A DNA stretch of 64,000 bases from contig OX597814.1 in the NCBI GenBank assembly GCA_951406725.2, forward strand, positions 202,306,001 through 202,370,000. The letters are read 5' to 3'. The position numbers and the translations under genes are program-made. Every line of letters begins with the position of its first letter. Within the stretch, counting starts at the first letter, position 1. Shown here in pieces: positions 37,017 through 49,317 of the stretch. Source of the stretch: Octopus vulgaris (taxonomy: Eukaryota). The notes beneath the pieces are model-generated. The model did no database searches. It was not told the DNA's origin and was given only the letters and a program-made list of their open reading frames with translations.

Positions 37017-38897
37017 ATGGCACTAAAACGAGCTGCTGGCTCTTCCCTCCTTCTTGCAACACCCCCCTACAAGAACAAAAAAATAACGTCACGGGTTACG
37101 TACAACCCATTTCAGGCCGTAAAAGGCAACAAAGCTCCTCCTTCCGAACCGGAGAGCACGCGCTCGGTTCAAAAGGAGAATGCATGCCAGGACGTCGCGT
37201 TCGACGTCACTCTTGATTTCCCCCCTCTGCCTTCAACAAGTGATGCTGTACCGAAGGGGGAGGTAAAGAAAATTATAACAGACACAAACACAGACAAGAA
37301 CCAACAAAAAACTGTAAAAGCTTCTAACGATTTTGCTTCTGCTGCGAAGCAAATTTCGGAAGATGTAGAAATTACAATGGAGGACATAAAAATGGCACAA
37401 GATTTGTTGAGAAAGGAGGGGAACAGTGTTTTCCTCAACACACCTCAACAACTCACACAAGAAACAAGCAAAAGAACAATCTTTTATAAAGTCTTCGAAA
37501 AGAAAACTAAAAGATTGTTTAACGCCACACCACAACAGTTGGAGATGGCTCTGAAGCCCATTTGGGGCCAGAAGAGCTATGTGACAAGAGGGAAGCGATT
37601 TGGAACCGTGGAGGTTCGCTTCCCAACAGAGGAGCTTGCAAGGGCAAACGCCATTTCGCCCTTGCAAAATGAACATTTGTTCCTCGTCCCGACGTACCTC
37701 GGGCGTAAGGTACAAAAAATAACCATAAGCACAATACCCCCCGAACAGAAAATCTCATGGCTAGTGGCGGCTGTCCTCTATGGCATAGAGGACACTGCCA
37801 CTATTCTGAATGTTCGGAGGGTACGAGAAAAGAACTGGTCAGGCATGGGTATTCAACTGCTGGTACAGATCCAGCAGGAAAACATCAATGCCATACCTGA
37901 CTTTGTCATCTTGCTGGATGGGACCAGGCTAAATGTTATTGTAGAGGGGCGAAAGCCAAAATGTTTCCTCTGCAGTAGCGAAAGCCACCTAAAAAGGGAC
38001 TGCCCCATTCAAAAAAAGAGAATGGAGGAGTATAGCAAGAGGCAGCAGCAACAACAACAACAACAACAACAACACAAGCAACAACAACAGAAACAACAAA
38101 AACAGCAAGAAAAACCAAAGGCTGCCACACCACCAACACCATCACCAACACCAGCACCAAGACGAACAACACCACCTCCAACAACAACAACCACCACCAA
38201 ACCAACACCGACAACCACCACCAAACCAACACCGACACCAGTACCTCGAAGGTCGACAGCAGCGACATCAACAGTAACAGGAGCAGCGGCACCACCGATA
38301 CCGGCGGAACCTAAAACTTTTCGTCCTGCTACTGAAGCAGACCCCTCAACCATTCCTTTGCCGGATGAAGAGATCTCGGATTGTGCGAGCTCGGATTCCA
38401 ACAAAGGAGAATGGAATATAGTACCTCCAAAAAAGAAAAGGAGGAAAAAACAAAAAGTTTTACAGGGGAAGCACGAACAAATAGTACTTCCCAACATCAA
38501 CAACAACATCAACAACAACACACACTCACAACAACAAACAACAACAACAACACTTTCGACACCACTACTGCCACTACCACAGACACAAACAAACACAGAC
38601 ACAATTACAGACACGATTACAGCAGTGAATACAAGAAACCAGGAACTGGTTGAGTATTTGAAAAACAAAACAAGCACAAACATTACAGATTTCATAATAC
38701 CTACACACAACACACCACCAGCACACATTCTCACAATAAAAATAAACAAAACAGTGTACAATGAAATAAAACAAATATTCCCTAACGATGTGGGATCGTT
38801 AGGGAAAAGTTTCTCTCAGAAACTTTACAAAAATATTATTGAAGCACCCGTGCAAAAGCACAAGGGAGCCACCCCCACCACCAACAACAGTAAGTAG
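37017..38897 (+). CDS. Intact ORF1, 626 aa
   Basis: Open from MALKRAAG; CCHC knuckle; Q10 tract. Confidence 0.85.
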   Translation: MALKRAAGSSLLLATPPYKNKKITSRVTYNPFQAVKGNKAPPSEPESTRSVQKENACQDVAFDVTLDFPPLPSTSDAVPKGEVKKIITDTNTDKNQQKTVKASNDFASAAKQISEDVEITMEDIKMAQDLLRKEGNSVFLNTPQQLTQETSKRTIFYKVFEKKTKRLFNATPQQLEMALKPIWGQKSYVTRGKRFGTVEVRFPTEELARANAISPLQNEHLFLVPTYLGRKVQKITISTIPPEQKISWLVAAVLYGIEDTATILNVRRVREKNWSGMGIQLLVQIQQENINAIPDFVILLDGTRLNVIVEGRKPKCFLCSSESHLKRDCPIQKKRMEEYSKRQQQQQQQQQQHKQQQQKQQKQQEKPKAATPPTPSPTPAPRRTTPPPTTTTTTKPTPTTTTKPTPTPVPRRSTAATSTVTGAAAPPIPAEPKTFRPATEADPSTIPLPDEEISDCASSDSNKGEWNIVPPKKKRRKKQKVLQGKHEQIVLPNINNNINNNTHSQQQTTTTTLSTPLLPLPQTQTNTDTITDTITAVNTRNQELVEYLKNKTSTNITDFIIPTHNTPPAHILTIKINKTVYNEIKQIFPNDVGSLGKSFSQKLYKNIIEAPVQKHKGATPTTNNSK

Positions 38898-38936
38898 AGC
38901 CTTTTTTCTCCTTTTTTTTCCCCTAATTCTTGAGAC

Positions 38937-41900
38937 ATGGCAAATCTTAGAATCGGTTGCTTGAATGTGAGAGGCCTCGGGTCACCTTGGAAACAGGGTC
39001 ACCTGTTAAACGACCTGAGGTTTCATGATGTGGATATAGCAGCCATCAGTGAAACCAGGCTCTCCGACCCGCAGGAACTCGCAGCCCTTTTCGGCGGATA
39101 CGAGATATTTCTATCTCCGTGTCGGCCGGGAGCGGGCGGTGGTGGTACTGCGGTGTTGTTTCGGAAGGGCCTGGACCTGAAAATAAGAACAGTCTTCTTG
39201 GATCCGGAAGGTAAGTTGGTGGTCCTCGACGTCGACGGTAGTGACGGCGGTGCTTTCAGACTGCTGGCTGCCTACGCTCCGACAGGAGCAGGGCAGTCGG
39301 ATTATTTCAAACGTCTGGAAGTTTTCCTGGGAACGTCACGCACTCTAGTACTAGTTGGGGATTGGAACGCTGTCTTAGACGAACGTTTCGATCGGGTGGG
39401 CAGGGGAGCGTCTGATAGGAGAGGGGAGGGTGCAAGAGCCTCGCCAACCTACTCGGCCGCTTTCAGCTGTCCGACAGGTTTCGACTAGACAACCCGAATG
39501 TGCCAATGTGGACTTGGACAAACCGCATCGGGTCGTCTAGATCGTACTTAGATAGAGTGTTTTGTAGGCCAGCGGATAAGGACAGCGTAGGGTGTCCACA
39601 ATTCCACCTAGTCGAATATACGGACCACAAATTAGTGATCTGTACGGTCGACTTAGATAGGCTACATAGACAGGGACCCGGCTACTGGAAGCTGAACGCG
39701 TCGTTAACGGCGTGCAAAGCTTACAGAGACCGGATTAGTTTACTAGTTAAGCGGGCGCTCACGGGGGCAATCATCAACAACAACTGGTGGTTTGCCCTCA
39801 AGAGAGCAATTAGAGTAGAGTCGATTAGGTATAGTAAGACTCTAGCTATTGAACGTAGGAAGAGAGAGCGGGATTTAGTTAAGAAACTAGACGAGGCTCT
39901 TGACACTGGCATCGCGACCGACGTGTTGGCGGCAAGGTTGGCCCTCGACCAACACTTCGACGCCAAACACGAAGGCTGCGTTGTCAGAGCTAAGGCACGT
40001 TCGCTAAGCGGGGAGGGGACTAGAGCCGCTCGATGGGCCCGCGTGGCGGAGGCGAAGCGAGGCAACAGAGCAACCATTCGGTCTTTGGTGGACCAGAACG
40101 GGCGCGAGGTTACCGAACCGAAGCAGATGTGTACGGTGCTTCAGAGGCACTTTGCTCAACTGTTTGGGACGAGCGGTGGAACGGACACCAACGGTACAGA
40201 CTTCGGTGTGTACCTGGACGGCCTACCGCAACTCTCGGACAGCGAGGCAGAGTGCTGCGAAGGACCGATATCTGCCTGGGAAGTACAGGAAGCGATGAAG
40301 AGTTGCACGAGAGGTAGATCGCCGGGTTTGGATGGTCTGCCCTACGAGCTTTACTTTTCAATGCCAGACTTGTTTGCGGACCTGTTGGCAAACGTCTACT
40401 GCAACTGGCAGCAAAACGGGAGAATTCCTGCTTTTGTCTGTCGAGGGGTGGTGGCTTTGCTAAAGAAGGACCCAAACAAGGGGGACGTTATAGGGAATTT
40501 CCGGCCCATCACTCTGCTCAATGCAGAGTTGAAGATTTTGGCCAAGGTGCTAGCCAAGAGATTGGCGCTTGTCGTGGACAAGCTGGTCGGCAAGACGCAG
40601 ACATTCGCCGTGCCGACCAGGTCGATACACGACAACCTCCATCTCATGCGCTACATCATAGAGAGGGTGGGTAACGACGCTGGCGCGGGTGGGGCTTTGA
40701 TCAACTTGGATCAGAGTAAAGCCTTCGATAGGGTCGACCATCGGTACCTGGCAGCTGTCCTCAGGGCAGCCGGCTTCGGTCCAGTCTTCCGCGGGTGGAT
40801 CGCTGCTTTATACAGCAACATCTGCTCGGTGATACGGGTGAACGGTCACCTTTCGGAACCGTTCGACATCTCGCGTTCGGTCCGCCAAGGATGCCCTCTC
40901 TCCTCCCTCTTGTACATTTTGACTCTCGAGCCATTACTGCGCAAGTTGGAGGCTTTGAGGGGTATCCCGCGCGATCTAGGAGGCGGAAACAGCGTGTCTG
41001 CCTATGCCGACGACGTCACCGTGGTGGTGTCGAGCCACAGGCACATTGGCCTGATTGGCGAGACGCTAAACCAGTACGAAGCGGTGACAGGGGCAAAGAT
41101 TAACGCGGAAAAGTCTGTGGGCTTGCAACTGGGCACCTGGAGAGGCAAGCCCATGCCGTCCAACAGCGTCGTAGGGCGCTGGACAGACGGACCCGTTAAA
41201 CTGCTCGGGGTCTGGTTCGGTCCGGACCTCCAGGTGGATAAGAACTGGGAAGAGGTGACGAGCAGGGTGGCACGTCTCACCCAGAAATGGGCCGAGAGGA
41301 AGCTGTCCCTGAAAGGTCGAGCGGAGGTGGCGAATGCGTACATCGCATCCGTCATCTATTACCGCTTGACCGTCGTCCCTTGTCCCGACCGCTGGTTGGC
41401 CAAGCTGGTACGTCTGCTCTTCGACTTTTTGTGGAAGGGTCAGGTGCCACTGGTCAGGCGATCCATCTGCTGTCAACGACCGCTGAACGGAGGCCTTGGA
41501 ATGCCGTGGTTGCTGTTGCGCAGACATGCGCTCAGGCTGCGGCATCTCAAGCGCTTCCTAGACGGTGAACAGGTGTGGTCGTCTTTTGTCAGACGCGATT
41601 TTCCGCAGCTCGTCTCTTTGACGGAGCTGCAGACCTGGATCAAACGTAGACCGAGAAAGGGCGCTTGGCACCTCGAGTGCCGTCAAGCCCTCTCCGCCCT
41701 CCGCCAGGCGGGCAATGCGGTCGGTTACAGCTCCACTCTAGCGTTCTATAGAGGGTTAGTGGAGGAAAAATGCGACGACGTTCTCGGGGAAACTCTAGGC
41801 GTTGAAGATGACGAACTGTGCGGTCTGTTCGGGAGGACTTTCGGGCCGGGGCCGATGGATAATTTCCAGAGGTCTCTCGCTTGGCAGTGCTACCGAGGGG

Positions 41901-42370
41901 CTCTGCCTGTTCGAGATAAACTCTACCGGCATGGAAGTGCCGTCAGCCGGGCCTGCCCGAGGTGTTGCCAGGACGACGAAACCGTTCTGCACGCACTCGT
42001 CCAGTGCCCGAGTATTGCTGAAATATGGGTTTATGTCGAACAGCTACTGTCACGTGTAGGACGGATCCGACTATCGGCCGAATCCATAGTGAAGATTGCC
42101 CCGCCGACCTCCTTTAACAAGGAGGGCGAGGCCGTTTTCTTGTGCCTAGTGGCTGTGGCGAAAGAGGTCGTGTGGTGGACTCGTTTGAAAGGGCTAAAGA
42201 CAGACACTTTCCTCTTTGGTCAAGGCCTCATCAACTTTTTCAAGTTTCACTTGAAAAGGAAGATGAGGTTAGAGAGGAAAGTGCTGTCCGATAGCAAGTT
42301 TTATGAAAGGTGGGTGAATTGTGCGAGACTAGCCTGTATAAATGGACCAGTTCTCAGGTTTCGCCTGTGA
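38937..42370 (+). pseudogene. ORF2, copy 4; same 1-nt G-run deletion as copy 1 (near 39425)
   Basis: Track ORFs 38937-39488 and 39500-42370. Confidence 0.85.
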
Positions 42371-42650
42371 TTTCAAAGAAAAAGGTAATGTAAAAGGAGA
42401 AGAAAGGGGACTCTCTACACCCCCTTTTTTGACCAGGCTCCCGTTGGCTTTTGTAGGGTTTTTTCCACCAGGAACCTTTCGAAACGTCTCCCCCTTTTGG
42501 GAGTTTTTCATTGTTGAATTTTATAAGTTGTTATAAAGATTTTTACTCGATGTTTTTAAAAAACGGCAAAACCCTTTGTAACCTTTCGTCCTGTCTTGTC
42601 CCTTTATGTAATCATGCGTGTCAACCCTTGTGGCCAATAAAAAAGAATTG

Positions 42651-42705
42651 ATTATTATTATTATTGTTGTTATTATTGTTATTATTATTATTATTATTAT
42701 TGTTG

Positions 42706-42761
<56 letters not shown>

Positions 42762-42822
42762 GTTATTATTATTATTATTATTATTATTGTTGTTGTTATT
42801 ATTATTATTATTGTTGTTATTA

Positions 42823-42863
<41 letters not shown>

Positions 42864-42935
42864 GTTATTATTATTGTTATTATTATTATTATTATTGTTG
42901 TTGTTATTATTGTTATTATTGTTGTTGTTGTTGTA

Positions 42936-43014
<79 letters not shown>

Positions 43015-43019
43015 TTATT
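42651..43019. repeat. (ATT/GTT)n microsatellite, right flank of the array
   Basis: Direct inspection. Confidence 0.95.
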
Positions 43020-43392
43020 CGGTGAGCTGGTAGAATCGTTAGTGAGCTGAACAGCCTGTCGCTACGTTCAAATTCCAATTTCTTTCACTTTTCAATGAGC
43101 AGCAGATGAGCGACTGTCTAAAGACACAACACAAGCCACGCCTTGGATAATGTTTTCAGAAATAACCCAGTAGGTTTACCATTAATTCCGTGAAATATTC
43201 ACGGGTTCTGCTAGTTCAGATTATTATAAAGGAAGGCAGCGAGCTGGCAGAATCGTCACCGTGCCGGACGAAATGCCGCAAAACGTTTAGTGCGTCTTTA
43301 CGTTCTGAGTTCAAATTCCGTCGAGATCAATCATACACTGAGGTAATCGACCAGCCCCAAAATTTCAGGCCTTGTGCCTGTAGTAGAAAGAA
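43020..43392 (+). mobile_element. Two decayed gagctggcagaatcg-head SINE copies (43020-43075 and 43233-43392)
   Basis: Heads match the reverse complement of ~1010-1039; both preceded by att repeats. Confidence 0.7.
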
Positions 43393-43756
43393 TCATCATC
43401 ATCATCATCATCATCGTCGTCATCATCGTCATCATCGTCGTCATCATCGTCGTCGTCGTCGTCATCATCATATAGGCTTTGTGTCTGTAAGAAACTCCTT
43501 GGAATTGTTTGTAAGATTTGTTGTTTGTTCGCTGTGATTTGAAGAAGTCTACTGTTGAAATTTATTTTCTGTTTTATTGCCAAACTGAGGAGGATATTGA
43601 GGAACTAATCGATCTATCTTGATTTCCCCCTAAAGGTGTAGTAGCGGCGGTGGGGAAGATTTGCTGGAAGGCGTGTCTGGAATTTACCAAAACATGGCAT
43701 CGTATCTAAATTTATCTACTATACAGATTACAAATAAATAAATAAATATACATTCA

Positions 43757-43827
<71 letters not shown>

Positions 43828-44099
43828 TTATACTGTTTTATTTGTTTCAGTCATTTGACTGCCGCCATGCTGGAGCATCGCCTTTAGCCGAACAAATCGA
43901 CCCCAGAACTTATTCTTCGTAAGCCTAGTACTTTTTCTATCGGTCTCTTTTGCCGAACTACTGAAGTGTTCAATATCAATGCTAAAGACGCAAAATTGTA
44001 AGGATCTTTTGAACGACGACTGCGGAGAAATTAGCTACGAACTTTCCGTTTGTTGTGTTTTTGTTAAATCTTCTGTTTGCTGTGTCTCTGTAGAAGTTT

Positions 44100-44147
<48 letters not shown>

Positions 44148-44418
44148 TATATATTCACTGGTTCCGCTAGTTCAGATTATTATAAAGGCAGCAAGCTGGC
44201 AGAATCGTCACCGTGCCGGACGATCACTAGCCACTACACATTCTTTAATTTCTCTCCTTGTTTCTTTCTGTGTTCCTTTCTGTGGAAGACCGTAGGCTCG
44301 AAACGTTAACGACCTTTTCATTTACCGAGCGTTATACTAATACATCTGTTTCTTGTCTACGCCACCTGTCTTCGTCTTTTTTGTGTGAATTCTCCCCATA
44401 CGTGTATACATATACATG

Positions 44419-44488
<70 letters not shown>

Positions 44489-45599
44489 CACACACAAATA
44501 TGTATATGCAAGTATACGTGTATTCGTATGTGTGTAATGTTGCAATTTTGCTTATAAAAGTTTATAATATCTAAAGCATTAGATATTTATAACCCCACCC
44601 TCATTTAAAAGGCCCAGTATTCAAAACCATTCCTCTCGCTCAATTGAATATGTTTGGATGCGACCATTAAACACAAACCACAGAACTTAATCTACGTTTG
44701 ACCGTTAAACCCATATAATTTTAACTCTGATAAATTTAACTCTGATCCCAAACAAGAATATAAAACCAACATAATTTCCTAAACTAAATATCGTTAATTT
44801 AAATAGATGATAGCTATCTAACTTGAAAGAAATGAAGACATCCAACCAAGCAGAAAAACATTTTCCTTAATCTCATATTCCATTCCGCAAATTCGCATAC
44901 GTTCAATTTTTTCTTCTCCCCTCTCACTATTTATTTTATCACTTTGTCTTCTTCCTCCCCCACAAGTCATTATATTTACTCATCCCATTATATGCTTCAA
45001 AAACATATCATTATACATTGATTACTTCGAAACCACTTTCCCACACTCACTGAATGAACCAAAATAGTTATAAAGACGCTTGGAAAACAATACTTTGCAG
45101 TCTCATGAAGGCAACTTCTAAATCACTATCAAAAGAGAGAAAGAGGGGAAAATAGGGAACAGGGCAATCGATTGTCCTGTTCCTTGTCTTCCTCTCTTCC
45201 TCTCTTTCTTTCTCTCAAAAACGAAATTTTCTCCTCTCCTAAAAAAAAAAAAAAAACATCCACTTTTCGATTCTTATAAAAAACGATGAAACGTTCTGAT
45301 TTTATTCTTTTGCTTTAATTCTTCTGGAAGTGTTCGGTTAAACGAGCGAAAGCGCTTATAAAGAATCATCGGAAATTTTGACTGTCTCCTTTTTCTTGAT
45401 ATACAATATCTGTATACCACTTCAAACACTCTATACATACATACATACATACATACATACATACATACATACATACATACATAACTATACACACACACAC
45501 ACACATATATATAACTTAAATTTGATAACTTTGATAAGTTTCGGCCATTATAGGCCCAGGCCATGTCTAACTTAATAGCACCACCTGGTGAAGTCTTTT

Positions 45600-45926
45600 A
45601 GTCATATATGGGACACCATGGCCCACTCTAGCAAAGAGCTATCATTGTTGGAGACATATCCGGGTGTAGGAGGTTGGTCTGGGATTTTCTGAAGTGAAAT
45701 TGTCCAGTGAACTTTTGAATTTTATGGGATCCATTTTGACGTATTTTGGTATGGTATTAAAGAGAGCTGGACCAGTTAAGGTAAAGTAATTATGACGTAA
45801 TGTTGCTATGTGTACCGAGTTCGATTTTTGTAGTGGGCGGATAGCACGGGGGCTAAGTCTTGGGTGGATTTTATAATTGATGCCAACATCATTTGTGCAA
45901 TACTGATGGAATAGTTTCCACATCAC
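45600..45926 (-). mobile_element. CR1/L2-group LINE 3' remnant
   Basis: Minus frame HPRL....TLRHNYFTLTGPALFNTIPKYV..FKSSLDNF resembles the LINE ORF2 C-terminus. Confidence 0.6.
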
Positions 45927-45930
45927 ACAA

Positions 45931-46003
<73 letters not shown>

Positions 46004-46017
46004 GTATATATATACAA

Positions 46018-46096
<79 letters not shown>

Positions 46097-46100
46097 ATAT

Positions 46101-46340
46101 AATAGAAATATTAATATTTCTAAGTCTCTCTAAAGAAGACTACGGCAGCAGTACCGGATATTAATAGTTATCGCCAAGCTAATATGGCAGTCCAGAAATA
46201 TAGGACGAATGCTGCCGTTGATTAGCTCGAAGAGGCTATCGCCTCTAGCTAACTATATGACACACGAACCTGCTAATCAATGGCACCATTCGTCCTATAT
46301 TTCTGGACTGCCATATTAGCTTGGCGATAACTATTAATAT
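46101..46340. mobile_element. PLE-like remnant with 54-bp inverted arms in (TA)n
   Basis: Arms 46158-46211 and 46287-46340; start homologous to 51363 and to the reverse of 1715-1757. Confidence 0.65.
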
Positions 46341-46665
46341 ATTTATTTATATATATGAAGTATGTTTTCACCACAGTGTTTCAAAGACTGTATTCAGGTC
46401 GATAAAAACGTCCAACGCTATTGATGGAAACTTTTGATGATGAAAAGACCTGATATCTGAGCTGTTGATAAAAGGATCTCTTGTAAGTTTACTGTAATTC
46501 TTGTGTGAGCTAGGCAACAACGCTGCAAGTTGGAGATATGATCACTGAATCGGTCAATAAGCTGCTGATGAAGGCTATACATGGATCGATGATTTCGTTA
46601 GTGGTTCTGCTGTCTATCTCTTCTATGTCGCAAGTGTGCTGTTCATCGTTCGAATAATATACATA

Positions 46666-47221
46666 TGTAGTGACGCTATCCAACAGCGCGCGCGCGCTCA
46701 ACGCCCTCTCGCGCATGCGCGAAGACCGGAAGAAGGGAAAGATGATGTGGCATTTAGCTGATAGGCAAGGGAGCGTAAAAACTTTGACCAGAAAGGGTAC
46801 AGGGAGACGCATAGCAGCAGTGAGCAGAATGACTTGAGGCACAGCGACCGAAAGGAAAGCACGTATTTTCATACGTGTGGTCAACTAAGACATGTAGCAG
46901 TCGGATAGAAGGCTTTCCACCAGACATTGTTGCAGACCATATTTTCTTCGCTCTCTAAGGACGCCATATTTGACCAGCTCAGTTTGCTGTTGTAATTGTA
47001 AGATTCTTACAAGCGTTAAAGTTTCAGCCTTACCACATCCATACCAAGCGGAAACAAATATACCACCTTATTTCTTACTGTTATAAGAACAATAAAGAGT
47101 ATATATATTTACTGTCGCGTTTGTGTTCTTTGACTGGTAGAATCTGGAAATTTAAGCAACGGAAATTGTGAATGCACCAGTTGCACCCTAAAAGTGCAAG
47201 AAGCAACCTATTCCCGTTACA
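46666..47221 (+). mobile_element. Probable solo LTR
   Basis: TGTA...TACA ends, 4-bp direct repeat cata on both sides, internal AATAAA at 47091, GC-richer interior. Confidence 0.55.
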
Positions 47222-47657
47222 CATATACATTCTTAACATGTTCCGGCACATCTGGATGTGAATATTCCAAGCACTGTTGTTTCGTCATTGGAAAACGTCT
47301 CCTTTCAGATGAACGTATATTCATAGCATGCTCGATCCATTAGTGCAAAGGAAATTTGTGACACCCTATGTTTCGACATTGTTGTGCCTTATCAGCCAAA
47401 AGTTCCTTGGACTAACGAATCAAACGATGAGAATTTTGGTTCTTGCTTATAAGAATCAAGATTATGAGCTGCATATTCATTCTTGATATTCTCCGGCAAA
47501 TTCGAACATAAATATGCGAACCATTGTTGTATTTCGTCATTAAAGAACAACTTCATTCGGAAGAAAATGTGTTTCTAATACTCTCGATTCCTTAACATAA
47601 AGGGATTTTCGGACAATCGGTGTTTCAAAATCATTGTGTCTTATCACCCGGAACATA

Positions 47658-48221
47658 GAGGGTGGCCCAAAAGTAGGTTTACAGTTATTCAACTATCTCT
47701 TTTGCATTCATATATTAACAGTTTAGGTCATAATTATAAAGAAATATGAAACCATTATCCTTTGCTAATTTACTTAATTTTTTCGGTTTGTAAGATAGGA
47801 ATTTAAATGTAATGAAATGTTTTAAAAGAAATTTAAATTTAAAGGCGCAGGAGTGGTTGTGTGGTAAGTAGTTTGCTTACCAACCACATGGTTCCGGGTT
47901 CAGTCCCACAGCGTGGCACCTTGGGCAAGTGTCTTCTACTATAGCATCGGGCTGACCAAAGCCTCGTGAGTGGATTTGGTAGACGGAAACTGAAAGAAGC
48001 CCGTCGTATATATATATATGTGGGGGGGGGGTTGTTTGTGTGTCTGTGTTCCTCCCCACAACATCGCTTGACGACCGATAGAATATGTACTAGGCTTACA
48101 AAGAATAAGTTCCGGGGTCGATTTGCTTCAGCATGGCCGCAGTCGAATGACTGAAACAAGTAAGAGCACGTAAAAGAGAGTACCTCCGTGATAACTGTAA
48201 ACCTACATTTGGGACACCCTG
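47658..48221. mobile_element. Tc1/mariner-type MITE with nested SINE (47843-48175)
   Basis: TIRs agggtggcccaaaagtaggtttacagtta / taactgtaaacctacatttgggacaccctg flanked by TA; SINE head ggcgcaggagtggttgtgtggtaag inside. Confidence 0.8.
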
Positions 48222-48939
48222 TATTTAGTTAATACATTCTGCTGCTCAGTTTTTTTTATGATTTCAAAAAGTAACCATGTGTATATGTGAGTCAATAATA
48301 TTACTCAACAGCTAATTCTTATGAATAACATTAAATTATAATATCGATACAATCTAATCATCCCTTGTTTCGATTACCACTTATATAATTAAACAAGTTT
48401 AAACTGTACCGAGTAAATAATCACAAGATATTACTACCACAAAATATTTCACTCATAATATAATTCTAATTACACTTTTTAATCAGTTCATTTTACAAAC
48501 GTTAATCAATCTATCTTCGTGGTTTTTTGCTAGTAATATTCTCTTTCTCTTTTCGTATTTGTGTTTCAGAATTATTTTACATGCTAATTACTGATTCGTT
48601 ACAGAAAATTTAACTTATCAGCTTATGTCACTGGTACATCTTGAAATCTTAACACCCTTTCGAATAACAATCGTATATTCACGACTAATTGATGTCTGCG
48701 AATTGATTTGGTGAAAAGATAAAATAGTAAATAGGAGGCTAGGTGGATCTAGACAGTAATTTCGTTTTCACACTTACTCATAAACGTGTGTGTGTGTGTG
48801 TGTGTGTGTACGTGTGTCTGTGTATGTGGTTGTGTGTGTGCACACATACACACAATACATATTATGTATGTATGTGCGTGTGTGTTTGTGTGTGTGTATG
48901 TACTCCCCCCCCCCCACACGCAGACACACACACACATAC

Positions 48940-49257
48940 TTGCAGGTGTTGTGTGGTAAGAAATGTACTTCCCGATCACATGTTTCTAGGTTCGGTCGTG
49001 TATGTGTGTATGTCTGTGTGCATACGTGTGTGTGTCTTTGTGTCCGTGTTTGCTGCCCCTCACACCGCTTGACAACCGGTGTTGGTGTGTTTATGTCACC
49101 GTAACTTAGCGTTTCGGCAGAGAGACCGACAGAAAAAGAACCAGGCTTGAAAAACATAAATAAGTCCTGTGGTCGTTTCATTTGCCAAAAATAATTCATC
49201 AAGGCGGTGCTCCAGCATGGCTTCAGTCTAATGACTGAAACAGTTAAACGATACAAA

Positions 49258-49258
<1 letters not shown>
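48940..49258 (+). mobile_element. Microsatellite-containing SINE copy
   Basis: Same family as 47843. Confidence 0.7.

Positions 49259-49314
<56 letters not shown>

Positions 49315-49317
<3 letters not shown>

Larger units (their letters stand above)
36798..42650 (+). mobile_element. Full-length Tx1-clade element, copy 4
   Basis: Same termini; preceded by (att)6 and followed by ~370 bp of (ATT/GTT)n. Confidence 0.92.

Noticed and set aside
19475-42511. Antisense and alternate-frame ORFs repeated inside each LINE copy
   Set aside because: Expected shadows of GC-rich ORF2 and CAA-rich ORF1; recurrence only reflects copy identity.
19101-42650. LTR retrotransposon or host gene-family interpretation of the array
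   Set aside because: No LTRs, protease or integrase; APE-RT-zf order and a repeat tail define a non-LTR element.
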